Origin: Candidatus Pacearchaeota archaeon
GTDB taxonomy: Archaea; Nanobdellota; Nanobdellia; Pacearchaeales; GW2011-AR1
NCBI GenBank assembly: GCA_016784085.1
Contig: JADHVH010000001.1
Span: forward strand, 1 to 35,544
Reading direction: 5' to 3'
Length of the DNA stretch: 35,544 nucleotides
Shown: positions 1-8,157 of the stretch, in pieces
Position numbering within the stretch: the stretch's first letter is position 1
Layout of the letters: every line of letters starts with the position of its first letter
Program-made: the position numbers and the translations under genes
The notes under the pieces: generated by a model
The model's input: only the letters and a program-made list of their open reading frames with translations
What the model was told of the DNA's origin: nothing
Database searches by the model: none

Positions 1-21
1 ATAAAAAAGAAATCTAATTTT

Positions 22-471
22 TTGAAAGCAATTTCTAGTTGGATAATTCTCTCTATAATTGTTATTGCTGTTAGTGCCTATTTTGTTTTTGATTCTGCCT
101 GGATTGGACCTGCATTTTTAGGTTTAGGTATAATTAGTTTAATCTTTCTTGGATTTTTTAAAATTCCTCTTAAATCTGTTTATCCAGATATGATTTTTGG
201 AGCAATTGATAATGGAATTTTAATTTTTGCAGCAGTTCTTGGAGGAGCCTATGCTGGAATCGCAGGAGCTATTGTTGGTGGAGCTGCAGGAAATACTATT
301 ACTGATGGACTTGGAGGGTTATTTGAAGGTTATGTTGCTCAAAATCAAAGAAAATTTGAAATTGATAATTTAAGAACTCCTTTATCAACCATGCTTGGTA
401 AAGCTTCGGGGTGTTTATTCGGAGCAGGATTTGGCTTAATTATTGTCTGGGCAATTCGATTAATATTTTAA
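22..471 (+). CDS. Gly/Ala-rich integral membrane protein, function unknown
   Basis: The ORF has several hydrophobic helices and a G/A-rich stretch (GGAYAGIAGAIVGGAAGNTITDGLGG). The annotated start is TTG, and the frame stays open back to position 1, so the gene may be 5'-truncated by the window edge. Confidence 0.45.
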   Translation: MKAISSWIILSIIVIAVSAYFVFDSAWIGPAFLGLGIISLIFLGFFKIPLKSVYPDMIFGAIDNGILIFAAVLGGAYAGIAGAIVGGAAGNTITDGLGGLFEGYVAQNQRKFEIDNLRTPLSTMLGKASGCLFGAGFGLIIVWAIRLIF

Positions 472-472
472 A

Positions 473-787
473 ATGAACTTATTTACATTTACTATAGGAG
501 TAGTTCTAGGATTAATTATATTTGAAATATTTTCAGGAGAAAAAGAAGGAAGAATTGGATTATTTATTTTATTGTTAAAAACAAAACATCACTCCTACCA
601 TTTGCATCATTGGATGATTTCTCTTATTATTTTATTACTCTTAATTATTACTAATTGGAAAAATTATTTTGTTTATGGGTTCTTAATAGGATCAATTATT
701 CAAGGTTTGAAATATCATGATTTTTATAAGATCCTTGTTAAACAAAAGAGGAAGAAAAGAGTAAAGAAAACCCTTAAAAAGTATTAA
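473..787 (+). CDS. small membrane protein with a basic C-terminal tail, function unknown
   Basis: The ATG lies 2 nt after the upstream stop. There are about three hydrophobic segments and a K/R-rich C-terminus (KQKRKKRVKKTLKKY). I recognise no family motif. Confidence 0.4.
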   Translation: MNLFTFTIGVVLGLIIFEIFSGEKEGRIGLFILLLKTKHHSYHLHHWMISLIILLLLIITNWKNYFVYGFLIGSIIQGLKYHDFYKILVKQKRKKRVKKTLKKY

Positions 788-801
788 TTCTCCTTAATTT
801 T

Positions 802-1115
802 GTAAGTTGGGTAGTTAACTTCGGAATTCGGTTCTTAAGTGAACAGAAAATGAGAAATATCATTTTCGAATTCTGCGGAAGGTCCGCCCACTATAAAATG
901 TCACTTTTCGAAAGAATTGTTGTCGTGAGGCAAGGCTCTGTTACAGAAACGCCACAGTTACTTTAGAGCTATGAAACTTTGTGTGAAGCTAAGAAAAAGT
1001 AGATTTGATGAAACGAACATCCTGACAAGTGCAAGGCTTAGAGCTGCTTAGTTAAATGTTAACACGTTCGGTTCGAATACGACGAACGACAGAAGGTGGC
1101 CTATTCCCAACTTAC
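802..1115 (+). ncRNA. rnpB: RNase P RNA (archaeal type)
   Basis: This is an ORF-free stretch of about 314 nt, visibly more G+C-rich than its flanks. Its termini form a P1-like helix (GTAAGTTGGG at 802-811 pairs with CCCAACTTAC at 1106-1115). It carries the universal CR-I/P4 5' element GCGGAAGGTCCGCCCAC (compare GGAAAGUCCGCCC) and the CR-V/P4 3' element ACAGAAGGTGGCCTATTC (compare ACAGAAnnnGGCUUA). A TATA-like TTAAAAAG sits about 28 nt upstream. Confidence 0.8.
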
Positions 1116-1792
1116 TTTTTCTTTTTAAAATTAATTTTTATAAGTTTTCTAAGTTTAGGTATAAAAAATAAAGGAATTATTATTAGTCCGGCCATGATAA
1201 TAAAAGAATAGGCCATATATTGAGGGTCATTTGAGGTGCTACTTTTGATTAACATTATAGATCCGATTGTTACAGGAATTGTGCCTATTAGTGAAGCTAA
1301 AGAATATTTCCAATAACCCATGTTTGAAATTCCCCCTAAAATACATACAAACTCAGGTGGGATTAAATAAAAAAATCTTAAGAGTATTATGTTTACAAAT
1401 GATTTTTTTTCTAAATCTAATTTTAATTTTTTTAATCTTGGTTTTTTTGAAACATAATCGTTTAGATAATCTTTTCCTAACCACCTTGCAATATAAAAAA
1501 GGATTGTAAATGAAATAATATGTCCAATAATTGAATAAATAAAAACTTCTAAAAAAGGAAAAATTGTTGCTCCAAAAAAAGTTAAAAAAGGTATTGGTAA
1601 AAAAGAAGATACAATAAAAAGAGAAATATAAATTAATAAAAAAAGTTTAGTATCTTTAAGAGGTTCTAAAAAAGCGCTAATTTCACCCCCAATTCCTAAA
1701 ATAGATTCTAAAATGGTTAAAATAATAAATAAAATAATTATTGTAATTAATATTTGAAATTTTAACTTATGTTTACTTTTTTCATCCTTCAT
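1112..1792 (-). CDS. TVP38/TMEM64 (DedA-related, VTT domain) family membrane protein
   Basis: This is a polytopic membrane protein with the VTT-domain-like signature LLRFFYLIPPEFVCILGGISNMGYWKYSLASLIGTIPVTIGS (R-x-x-P-x-x-P...G...iG.iP). Its stop overlaps the 3' end of the RNase P RNA by about 4 nt. Confidence 0.6.
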   Translation of the reverse strand: MKDEKSKHKLKFQILITIIILFIILTILESILGIGGEISAFLEPLKDTKLFLLIYISLFIVSSFLPIPFLTFFGATIFPFLEVFIYSIIGHIISFTILFYIARWLGKDYLNDYVSKKPRLKKLKLDLEKKSFVNIILLRFFYLIPPEFVCILGGISNMGYWKYSLASLIGTIPVTIGSIMLIKSSTSNDPQYMAYSFIIMAGLIIIPLFFIPKLRKLIKINFKKKK

Positions 1793-1889
1793 TAAATGAA
1801 TTACAAAATAGCATATTTAAATTATCCATAACCTTTTTTTCAACCATATTAACAACCTTTAAAAAATGGAAAACATATGTTCTTTTAAT

Positions 1890-1961
1890 GGGAATGTAGC
1901 TCAGCGGGAGAGCACATGACTGAAGCTCATGGTGTCCGGGGTTCGACTCCCCGCATTCCCA
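1890..1961 (+). tRNA. tRNA-Phe (anticodon GAA), no intron, CCA not encoded
   Basis: A hand-folded cloverleaf fits. Acceptor GGGAATG pairs with CATTCCC and is followed by discriminator A. The D arm is GCTC/GAGC. The anticodon stem is CATGA/TCATG with loop CTGAAGC, giving anticodon GAA. The T arm is CGGGG-TTCGACT-CCCCG. TTTAAAAA lies about 32 nt upstream. Confidence 0.9.
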
Positions 1962-2025
1962 CTTCTATTAATTTCAAAAACTTTTATAAAGAGAGATTAA
2001 TTAAATAAATTATTAAAGAGGAAAA

Positions 2026-2292
2026 ATGATGGATAAAAAAGAGATTGGAATTGTAAGTTATGTTCTGGGAATTGTTAGTATAGTGCTAGCATTTTTTCAA
2101 CCATTTGCAGGATTAGTTTTAGGAATAATTGGTTTGGTGCAAGGTAAGAAATTAGGAAAATCAGCTGAAAAAGCTAAAAAATTAAACACTATTGGAATTG
2201 TTATTGCAATAATTATGTTGATTGTTTCAATTGTGGTTAGTATTTATCTTGCTCAACAAGGTGCATTTGGAGTAGGGAATATACCTTTATAA
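2026..2292 (+). CDS. small two-helix membrane protein (DUF4190-like)
   Basis: Two long hydrophobic helices flank a basic loop (GKKLGKSAEKAKK). An SD-like AGAGGA lies 5 nt upstream of the ATG. Confidence 0.45.
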   Translation: MMDKKEIGIVSYVLGIVSIVLAFFQPFAGLVLGIIGLVQGKKLGKSAEKAKKLNTIGIVIAIIMLIVSIVVSIYLAQQGAFGVGNIPL

Positions 2293-2296
2293 TAAG

Positions 2297-2875
2297 ATGA
2301 CAAACAAAAAAGCAGCAATGGAAATGAGTGTAGGAACAATTGTAACTGTTGTTCTTTTAATGACTGTTTTAATTATGGGTTTAGTTATGGTTAGAAATAT
2401 TTTTAGTAGTCAAAATGAAAATATTGATGCAATGGATGATGCTGTTAAAGATCAATTAAAAGATTTATTTGCAGAAGATGATGGGAAAAAAGTTGTTACT
2501 GTTCCTTCTACAAAAAGAGTAAAAATGGATATTGGTACCTCAAATACTGGATTTGGATTTTCAATTAGAAATGTTGGAGATCCAACTAGCCAAACAATTG
2601 ATCCAGATATTTTCGATTATGAAGTTTCTATTCCAGAGGGGGATTCTATCAGTTGTGGAATTCTATCTGAAGAAGCTATGAATCTAATTACTCTTGGAAA
2701 AAATAGGTATGGAATCCCTATCCCCCCTGGTGCACTTACGGAGGATGGATTTTTTGTTAGATATAATATTCCTGAAAATTTTCCTCCCTGCCACATTAGA
2801 TATCAAATAAGTATTTGGAAAAATGGAGTGATCTATGGTATTCCTACAGATATGGATGTTTTTATTGAAGGATAA
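2297..2875 (+). CDS. class III signal peptide (type IV pilin-like) secreted protein
   Basis: The N-terminus MTNKKA|AMEMSVGTIVTVVLLMTVLIMGLVMV has a basic stretch, then G/A, then an uninterrupted hydrophobic helix. The rest of the protein is soluble and looks beta-rich. Confidence 0.5.
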   Translation: MTNKKAAMEMSVGTIVTVVLLMTVLIMGLVMVRNIFSSQNENIDAMDDAVKDQLKDLFAEDDGKKVVTVPSTKRVKMDIGTSNTGFGFSIRNVGDPTSQTIDPDIFDYEVSIPEGDSISCGILSEEAMNLITLGKNRYGIPIPPGALTEDGFFVRYNIPENFPPCHIRYQISIWKNGVIYGIPTDMDVFIEG

Positions 2876-2918
2876 TTACTTTAATTAGATTTTTAAATTA
2901 TTTATTCTTAACATATTT

Positions 2919-4286
2919 ATGCAATTAAAATTATACAATACTTTAACTAGAAAAAAAGAAGTGTTCAGGCCTATTAAAAAAGGCCATGTTGGGATGTATT
3001 CTTGCGGGCCAACTGTTTATTGGTTTCAACATATTGGAAACCTTAGAACATATATTTCAAATGATGTTTTGAAAAGAGTTCTTGAATTTAATAATTACAA
3101 AGTAAAACATATTACAAATGTTACAGACGTGGGCCATTTAACTTCTGATGCAGATACTGGAGAAGATAAAATGGAAAGAGCTGCAAAAAAAGAAAAAAAG
3201 AATGCTTCAGAAATTGCTCAATTTTATTTTCAAACATTTCTTTCTGATTTTAAAAAATTAAATTTAATTGAACCTACTATTTGGTCCTGGGCTACAAAAC
3301 ATATTCAAGAACAAATTAAACTTATTCAAGAATTAGAAAAAAAAGGATATACTTATCAAACCAAAGATGGAATATATTTTGATAGTTCTAAACTAAAAGA
3401 TTATGGTAAACTTGCTAGATTGGATTTAACAAAAATTAAAGCTGGTAAAAGAATTGATATTGGTGAGAAAAAAAATAAAACAGATTTTGCATTGTGGAAG
3501 ATCTCTGATAAATCAGGTCAACGACAACAAGAATGGAAATCTCCATGGGGAAGGGGTTTTCCGGGATGGCATTTAGAATGTTCTGCAATGGCTTCAAAAT
3601 ATCTTGGAAAACAATTTGATCTTCATACAGGGGGGCAAGAACATATTCCTATTCATCACACAAATGAAATTGCTCAAAGTGAAACAGCTTTTGGAAAAAA
3701 ACCATGGGTAAAATATTGGGTTCATTTTGGGTGGCTTTTATCTAAAGGTGAAAAAGTTTCAAAATCCAAAGGGGGGCTTTATACAATCTCTGAACTTGAA
3801 AAAAAAGGATTTAATCCTCTTGCATTTAGATATTTATGTTTAACAACCCATTATAAAAAACCATTAAATTTTTCATTAGAAAATTTAGAGAAAGCTTCTG
3901 AAGCTTATAATCGATTAAAAAATATAATTTCTAAAATAAAAAATGATAAAAAAACAAATAAAAAATATTTAAAAGAATTTCAAGAAGCTATTAATGAGGA
4001 TCTAGAAATGTCTAAAGCTCTTCAAGCACTTTGGGGTTTAATACGAAATGAAAAATCAGAGGGAAAAATTAATGCTATTAAAGAAATGGATAAGGTTCTG
4101 GGATTAGATCTACTAAAAAAAGAAAAAGTTTCTGTTCCTAAAGAAATAAAACAACTTGCAGATCAACGTGAAAAATCTAGAAAAGAAAAAAAATGGAAGG
4201 AAGCAGATGAACTTAGAGATAAAATTTATAAGCTAGGATATATTCTTGAAGATAAGAATAAAGGATTTATAATAAAAAAGAGATGA
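2919..4286 (+). CDS. cysS: cysteinyl-tRNA synthetase
   Basis: It has the class I HIGH motif region (MYSCGPTVYWFQHIGNLRTY), the CysRS zinc/Cys-binding region (GWHLECSAM), a KMSKS-type motif (KVSKSKG) and a typical length. Confidence 0.95.
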   Translation: MQLKLYNTLTRKKEVFRPIKKGHVGMYSCGPTVYWFQHIGNLRTYISNDVLKRVLEFNNYKVKHITNVTDVGHLTSDADTGEDKMERAAKKEKKNASEIAQFYFQTFLSDFKKLNLIEPTIWSWATKHIQEQIKLIQELEKKGYTYQTKDGIYFDSSKLKDYGKLARLDLTKIKAGKRIDIGEKKNKTDFALWKISDKSGQRQQEWKSPWGRGFPGWHLECSAMASKYLGKQFDLHTGGQEHIPIHHTNEIAQSETAFGKKPWVKYWVHFGWLLSKGEKVSKSKGGLYTISELEKKGFNPLAFRYLCLTTHYKKPLNFSLENLEKASEAYNRLKNIISKIKNDKKTNKKYLKEFQEAINEDLEMSKALQALWGLIRNEKSEGKINAIKEMDKVLGLDLLKKEKVSVPKEIKQLADQREKSRKEKKWKEADELRDKIYKLGYILEDKNKGFIIKKR

Positions 4287-4290
4287 TAAA

Positions 4291-5565
4291 ATGGCAAATG
4301 TAAAAGCTTACGAAGGTTTTATTGATAAAAAATACAAACCTAAAAAAACAGATGTGATTGTTCAATATAGGGTTAAACCTTCTAAAGGATATACTTTTAG
4401 ACAAGTTGCAGAAATGACTGCTGGAGAAAGTTCTGTAGGTACTTGGACAGAAGTTTCAACAATGAAGCCTAAAATTCAAAAGTTGGCTCCAAAAGTATTT
4501 TACCTTGATAAAAAAAATTATAGAATTAGAATTGCTTATCCTCTTAAACTATTTGAATTAGGAAATCTGCCTGAAATTCTTTCAAGTATTGGTGGAAATA
4601 TTTATGGAATGAAAGCTGCCAAAGAATTATTCTGGGAAGATATTAATATTCCCAAAAAAATGTTGGAAAGTTTTAAAGGGCCTAGATTTGGAATGAAAGG
4701 TTTAAGAAAATATCTTGGAGTGTGGAGTAGGCCTCTTGTGGGAACAATTGTAAAGCCAAAAGTAGGATTAAATGAACATGAACATGCAATAGTTGCTTAT
4801 GATTCTTGGTTAGGGGGATGTGATGTTGTTAAAGATGATGAAAATTTAACAAGTCAGGATTTTAACCAATTTAAAAAAAGATTTTTATTGACCATTAAAA
4901 AATGTAAAGAAGCTGAAAAAAAGACTGGTGAAAAAAAAGTATATCTTGTTAACTGTACTGCAGAAACTCAAGAAATGATTAAAAGAATTAAATTTGTTGA
5001 AGCTCATGGCGGGAACTATATTATGTTGGATATTTTAACTCTTGGTTGGGCTGCATTACAAACAGCTAGAAATATTACTAAACTTCCTATACATGCTCAT
5101 AGGGCAGGACATGCTATGTTTGATAGAGATGCTAAATTTGGTATGAGTATGGAGGTTATTGCTCAATTTTCAAGGATGATTGGTGTTGATACTTTGCATA
5201 TTGGAACAGCTTATGGAAAAATGTCTGGTGGAAAAAAAGAGGTTCTACATATTGAAAAAGAAATAGAATCTCAATATACTAAAAAAACAAAAGAATATTT
5301 ATCTCAAAAATGGTGGAAAGTAAAACCTGTTTTTGCTGTTGCTTCAGGAGGAGTATATCCTCAATTAGTTCCAAAAATAATGAAGTTCATGAAAAAAGAT
5401 GTTGTTATCCAGGCTGGAGGAGGAGTTCATGGCCATCCTCATGGAAGTGTTGCAGGTGCAAAAGCAATGCGTCAAGCTGTAGATGCTTCCTTAAAAGGAG
5501 TTTCTCTTAAGAAATATTCTAAAGACCATAAAGAATTGGCAGAAGCTTTAGAAAAATGGGGTTAA
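4291..5565 (+). CDS. rbcL: ribulose-1,5-bisphosphate carboxylase/oxygenase large subunit, form III (archaeal type)
   Basis: All the RuBisCO active-site blocks are present: GTIVKPKVGL, DVVKDDENL (carbamylated Lys plus metal ligands), IHAHRAGHAM, LHIGTAYGKMSG and IQAGGGVHGHP. At 424 aa, with no small-subunit gene adjacent, it fits form III. Confidence 0.92.
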   Translation: MANVKAYEGFIDKKYKPKKTDVIVQYRVKPSKGYTFRQVAEMTAGESSVGTWTEVSTMKPKIQKLAPKVFYLDKKNYRIRIAYPLKLFELGNLPEILSSIGGNIYGMKAAKELFWEDINIPKKMLESFKGPRFGMKGLRKYLGVWSRPLVGTIVKPKVGLNEHEHAIVAYDSWLGGCDVVKDDENLTSQDFNQFKKRFLLTIKKCKEAEKKTGEKKVYLVNCTAETQEMIKRIKFVEAHGGNYIMLDILTLGWAALQTARNITKLPIHAHRAGHAMFDRDAKFGMSMEVIAQFSRMIGVDTLHIGTAYGKMSGGKKEVLHIEKEIESQYTKKTKEYLSQKWWKVKPVFAVASGGVYPQLVPKIMKFMKKDVVIQAGGGVHGHPHGSVAGAKAMRQAVDASLKGVSLKKYSKDHKELAEALEKWG

Positions 5566-5567
5566 AA

Positions 5568-5852
5568 ATGCCTAGAAAAAAGAAAAGAACAATAACTAGA
5601 CAAATTAGCAAAACTGCATTAGAATTTGAAAAAGAATTTATGCTTTCTCTTAAAACAGCTCTTATGGCTGCATTTGGTTTTTTAGTTGCTTTAAGTTGGA
5701 GGGATGTAATTACAAGTTATTTTGAATCTCTTTCTTTCTACAGTGGCCCATGGGGAAAACTTGTTGGGGCTTTGATTGTAACCTTTTTGGCCGCAATAGT
5801 AATTTTTATCTTAACCAAGACTATAAAAAGAGATAAGAAGAAAAAGAAATAG
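5568..5852 (+). CDS. small membrane protein (two TM helices, basic termini)
   Basis: There are two hydrophobic helices (LMAAFGFLVALSW and LVGALIVTFLAAIVIFIL). The ORF track starts at 5556, overlapping rbcL; the ATG at 5568 avoids that overlap. Confidence 0.45.
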   Translation: MPRKKKRTITRQISKTALEFEKEFMLSLKTALMAAFGFLVALSWRDVITSYFESLSFYSGPWGKLVGALIVTFLAAIVIFILTKTIKRDKKKKK

Positions 5853-5853
5853 G

Positions 5854-6390
5854 ATGGAAGGGGACGAAATAAAGTTTGTTTTTAATAAATACAATAAAAA
5901 ATTTAAAGAGCTATATAAAAGAGAGAAAAGAAAGTTAAAGAAAATTTTACCTGGAACAGCTAAAACAGAACATATTGGGAGTAGTTCTGTAGATGGGCTT
6001 TCAGGGAAAGGAATTATTGATATTATTGTTTCTGTTCCAAAAAAAGAATTTGTAAAAACCAGAAAAAATCTTGAAAAAAACGGTTGGTGGTTTAGACCAA
6101 AGGCAAAACCTCAAAGAGATAGAAGGTTTTTAGAAAAAAGGTATAAATATAGAAAACTTATAAGGATTGTTCACCTACATTTAACATATCACAATAGTTT
6201 TGTTTGGAAAAGATTTATCTCCTTAAGAGATTATTTAAAAAAGAATAAAGCTGCTTGTAAAGAATATGAAAAAGTTAAAAAAAGAGCAGTCGCATATGCT
6301 AAGGGAGAAGGAAAAGATTATAGGGCATATAAAAATAAATTTATGAAAAAAATAGAAAAAGAAGCTCTAAAGGAGTTCAATAAAAAATGA
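5854..6390 (+). CDS. GrpB/UPF0157 family protein (nucleotidyltransferase-fold)
   Basis: It carries the GrpB signature HIGSSSVDGLSGKGIIDIIV (compare HIGSTSVPGL.AKPIIDI), has a typical size of about 175 aa, and ends with a downstream HLH...R pattern. Confidence 0.65.
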   Translation: MEGDEIKFVFNKYNKKFKELYKREKRKLKKILPGTAKTEHIGSSSVDGLSGKGIIDIIVSVPKKEFVKTRKNLEKNGWWFRPKAKPQRDRRFLEKRYKYRKLIRIVHLHLTYHNSFVWKRFISLRDYLKKNKAACKEYEKVKKRAVAYAKGEGKDYRAYKNKFMKKIEKEALKEFNKK

Positions 6391-7190
6391 AATATAGAAA
6401 AACTATTTTTGCTAGTGTTTATACAAAAAATAAGTCGGGGAATTTTGAATATTTAATTTTAAAGAGAAAGCTTCATTGGAAGGGATGGGAATTTCCAAAA
6501 GGGGCTATTGAAGAAGGAGAAACGTCTTTAGAAACAGTAAAAAGAGAATTATCTGAAGAAACAGGATTAAAAATTTTAAAAATAAAAAAATTTAATGTTT
6601 CTGGAAAATATGAATATCCTCTAGCATATGAAAATAAAAAAGGTTTTAGGGGCCAAACCTATGAATCCCTTTATTTGATAGAATGTAAAAAGGTCAAAGT
6701 TAAAATAGATGAAAATGAACATTCAGATTATAGGTGGGTTAGTTATGTTGAATCTAATAAAAAATTAACTTGGCCAGATCAAAAAAAATGTTTAAAGATT
6801 GTTAATGATTATTTAATAGATTTAAAAAAAATTCATGCAAGAGAATATGTTACTTCTTCTAACAATCTTGTTTTAATTGGAAGAGATAGAAAAAATAATG
6901 AAAAACTTGTAAAATATTTTATTGGAAAAAAAAATACTATTATGCATACTTCTGCTTCTGGAAGTCCTTTTTGTATTCTTACAGATCAAGGTTCAAAAAA
7001 AGATTTAAAAGAAATGGCAATAGCTTGTGCAAAATATAGCCAAGATTGGAAAAATAATAAATCAGATGTTAAAGTTCATGTTTTTACTGGAAAAGATGTT
7101 TACAAAAGAAAAAATATGCCTGATGGAACTTTTGGCTTAAACAAATTTAAAACACTTAATATTAAAAGGAAGGAAATTCTAACTTTATAA
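6387..7190 (+). CDS. Nudix hydrolase fused to a C-terminal NFACT-R (DUF814) RNA-binding domain
   Basis: The N-terminal half has a Nudix box, GAIEEGETSLETVKRELSEETGL (G-x5-E-x7-REUxEExGU). The C-terminal half matches the NFACT-R/DUF814 pattern: IGRDRKNNEKL ... HTSASGSPFCIL ... EMAIACAKYSQ ... VKVHVFTGKDVYKRKNMPDGTF. It has an ATGA overlap with the upstream gene. Confidence 0.7.
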   Translation: MKYRKTIFASVYTKNKSGNFEYLILKRKLHWKGWEFPKGAIEEGETSLETVKRELSEETGLKILKIKKFNVSGKYEYPLAYENKKGFRGQTYESLYLIECKKVKVKIDENEHSDYRWVSYVESNKKLTWPDQKKCLKIVNDYLIDLKKIHAREYVTSSNNLVLIGRDRKNNEKLVKYFIGKKNTIMHTSASGSPFCILTDQGSKKDLKEMAIACAKYSQDWKNNKSDVKVHVFTGKDVYKRKNMPDGTFGLNKFKTLNIKRKEILTL

Positions 7191-7191
7191 A

Positions 7192-7437
7192 ATGCCATTC
7201 TCAACAACAATTCAATTAGGAAAACAAGGACTTACAAACAACTTTCTAGAAACTCTTAAAACACATTTCAAAAAACACCAAAATGTTAAAATTTCTGTAT
7301 TAAAAAATGCTGGCCACACAAAAGAACAAGCAAAAGAATATTCAGAAAAAATTCTTGAGGCTTTAGGAGTTAATTATACTGCAAGAATAATTGGGTTTAC
7401 TATTTCCTTAAAAAAATGGCGAAGAGCTATGAGATAG
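7192..7437 (+). CDS. CRM/YhbY-like RNA-binding protein
   Basis: It shows the YhbY pattern IQLGKQGLTNNFLETLKTHFKKHQNVKISVL ... ARIIGFTISLKK and is about 80 aa long. Confidence 0.7.
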   Translation: MPFSTTIQLGKQGLTNNFLETLKTHFKKHQNVKISVLKNAGHTKEQAKEYSEKILEALGVNYTARIIGFTISLKKWRRAMR

Positions 7438-7474
7438 CTTTATATACTCTTTTTTACCATTAAAAATAGGTTAA

Positions 7475-7945
7475 ATGGCCTTGTGCCAATCTAATTCCGC
7501 AAGGAATGACCATAAAAAAATGAATAAAATATATGAATTAACATCTCATGAATATAATTTACAATTAGCAGAAGCTCTAAAGAAATTTCCAGAATTTGAA
7601 GTTCCTGAATGGATTCACTTTGTTAAATCTGGATCTGCAAAAGAAAGACCTATAGAAGACCCTGATTTTTGGTATAAAAGAGCTGCAAGTATTCTTAAAC
7701 AAATTCATAAAAAAAATATTGTGGGTGTTAATAGACTTAGAACAAAATATGGAAGTAAAAAAGATAGAGGAGCTGCTCCAGAAAAGTTTAGAAAGGCTGG
7801 AGGAAAAATAATTAGAACAATTTTACAGCAAACAGATGCAGCAGGATTGACAGAAATTGCTAAGGCAATAAAAGGAGTTAGACAACGAAAACCTGGAAGA
7901 CAACTTACTGAAAAAGGAAGATCATTTATGGAGAAACTAGAATAA
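7475..7945 (+). CDS. rps19e: 30S ribosomal protein eS19
   Basis: Conserved eS19 blocks are present: DFWYKRAASILKQI, GVNRLRTKYG, GGKIIRTILQQ and GRQLTEKGRSFMEKL. An alternative ATG lies at 7520 (MNKIYELT...). A TTTATATA box at 7439-7446 favours a transcript beginning near 7475. Confidence 0.9.
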   Translation: MALCQSNSARNDHKKMNKIYELTSHEYNLQLAEALKKFPEFEVPEWIHFVKSGSAKERPIEDPDFWYKRAASILKQIHKKNIVGVNRLRTKYGSKKDRGAAPEKFRKAGGKIIRTILQQTDAAGLTEIAKAIKGVRQRKPGRQLTEKGRSFMEKLE

Positions 7946-7946
7946 A

Positions 7947-8150
7947 ATGGGAATTAAAAATCAACAAAAAAAATCAAAGCTAGGTAAAAAATCACGACAA
8001 ACTAAGTGGGCTCCTGTTTGGGCTGTTCTTAAAAAATATGGTGTTGGAAAAAGAGTACATCCATCTACTATGACTAGAAATAGAAGATCTTGGAGAAGAA
8101 CTAAGTTACATATTAAACCTAGAAAACAAAAGAAATCTCATTTTGGGTAA
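7947..8150 (+). CDS. rpl39e: 50S ribosomal protein eL39
   Basis: It shows the eL39 pattern KLGKKSRQTKWAPVWAVLKK...RVHPS...RRSWRRTKLHIK, with short basic extensions at both ends. Confidence 0.85.
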   Translation: MGIKNQQKKSKLGKKSRQTKWAPVWAVLKKYGVGKRVHPSTMTRNRRSWRRTKLHIKPRKQKKSHFG

Positions 8151-8157
8151 ATAAAAA

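Noticed and set aside
1267-1509. An 80-aa plus-strand ORF
   Set aside because: It lies entirely antisense within the well-supported VTT/TVP38-family membrane gene. Its translation is low-complexity L/I/K/N-rich sequence typical of shadow ORFs in AT-rich DNA.
5310-5510. A 66-aa plus-strand ORF rich in Cys, Ser and Arg
   Set aside because: It is an alternative frame inside the conserved C-terminal part of rbcL. Its odd composition is a frame artefact of the GGG/GCT-rich RuBisCO codons.
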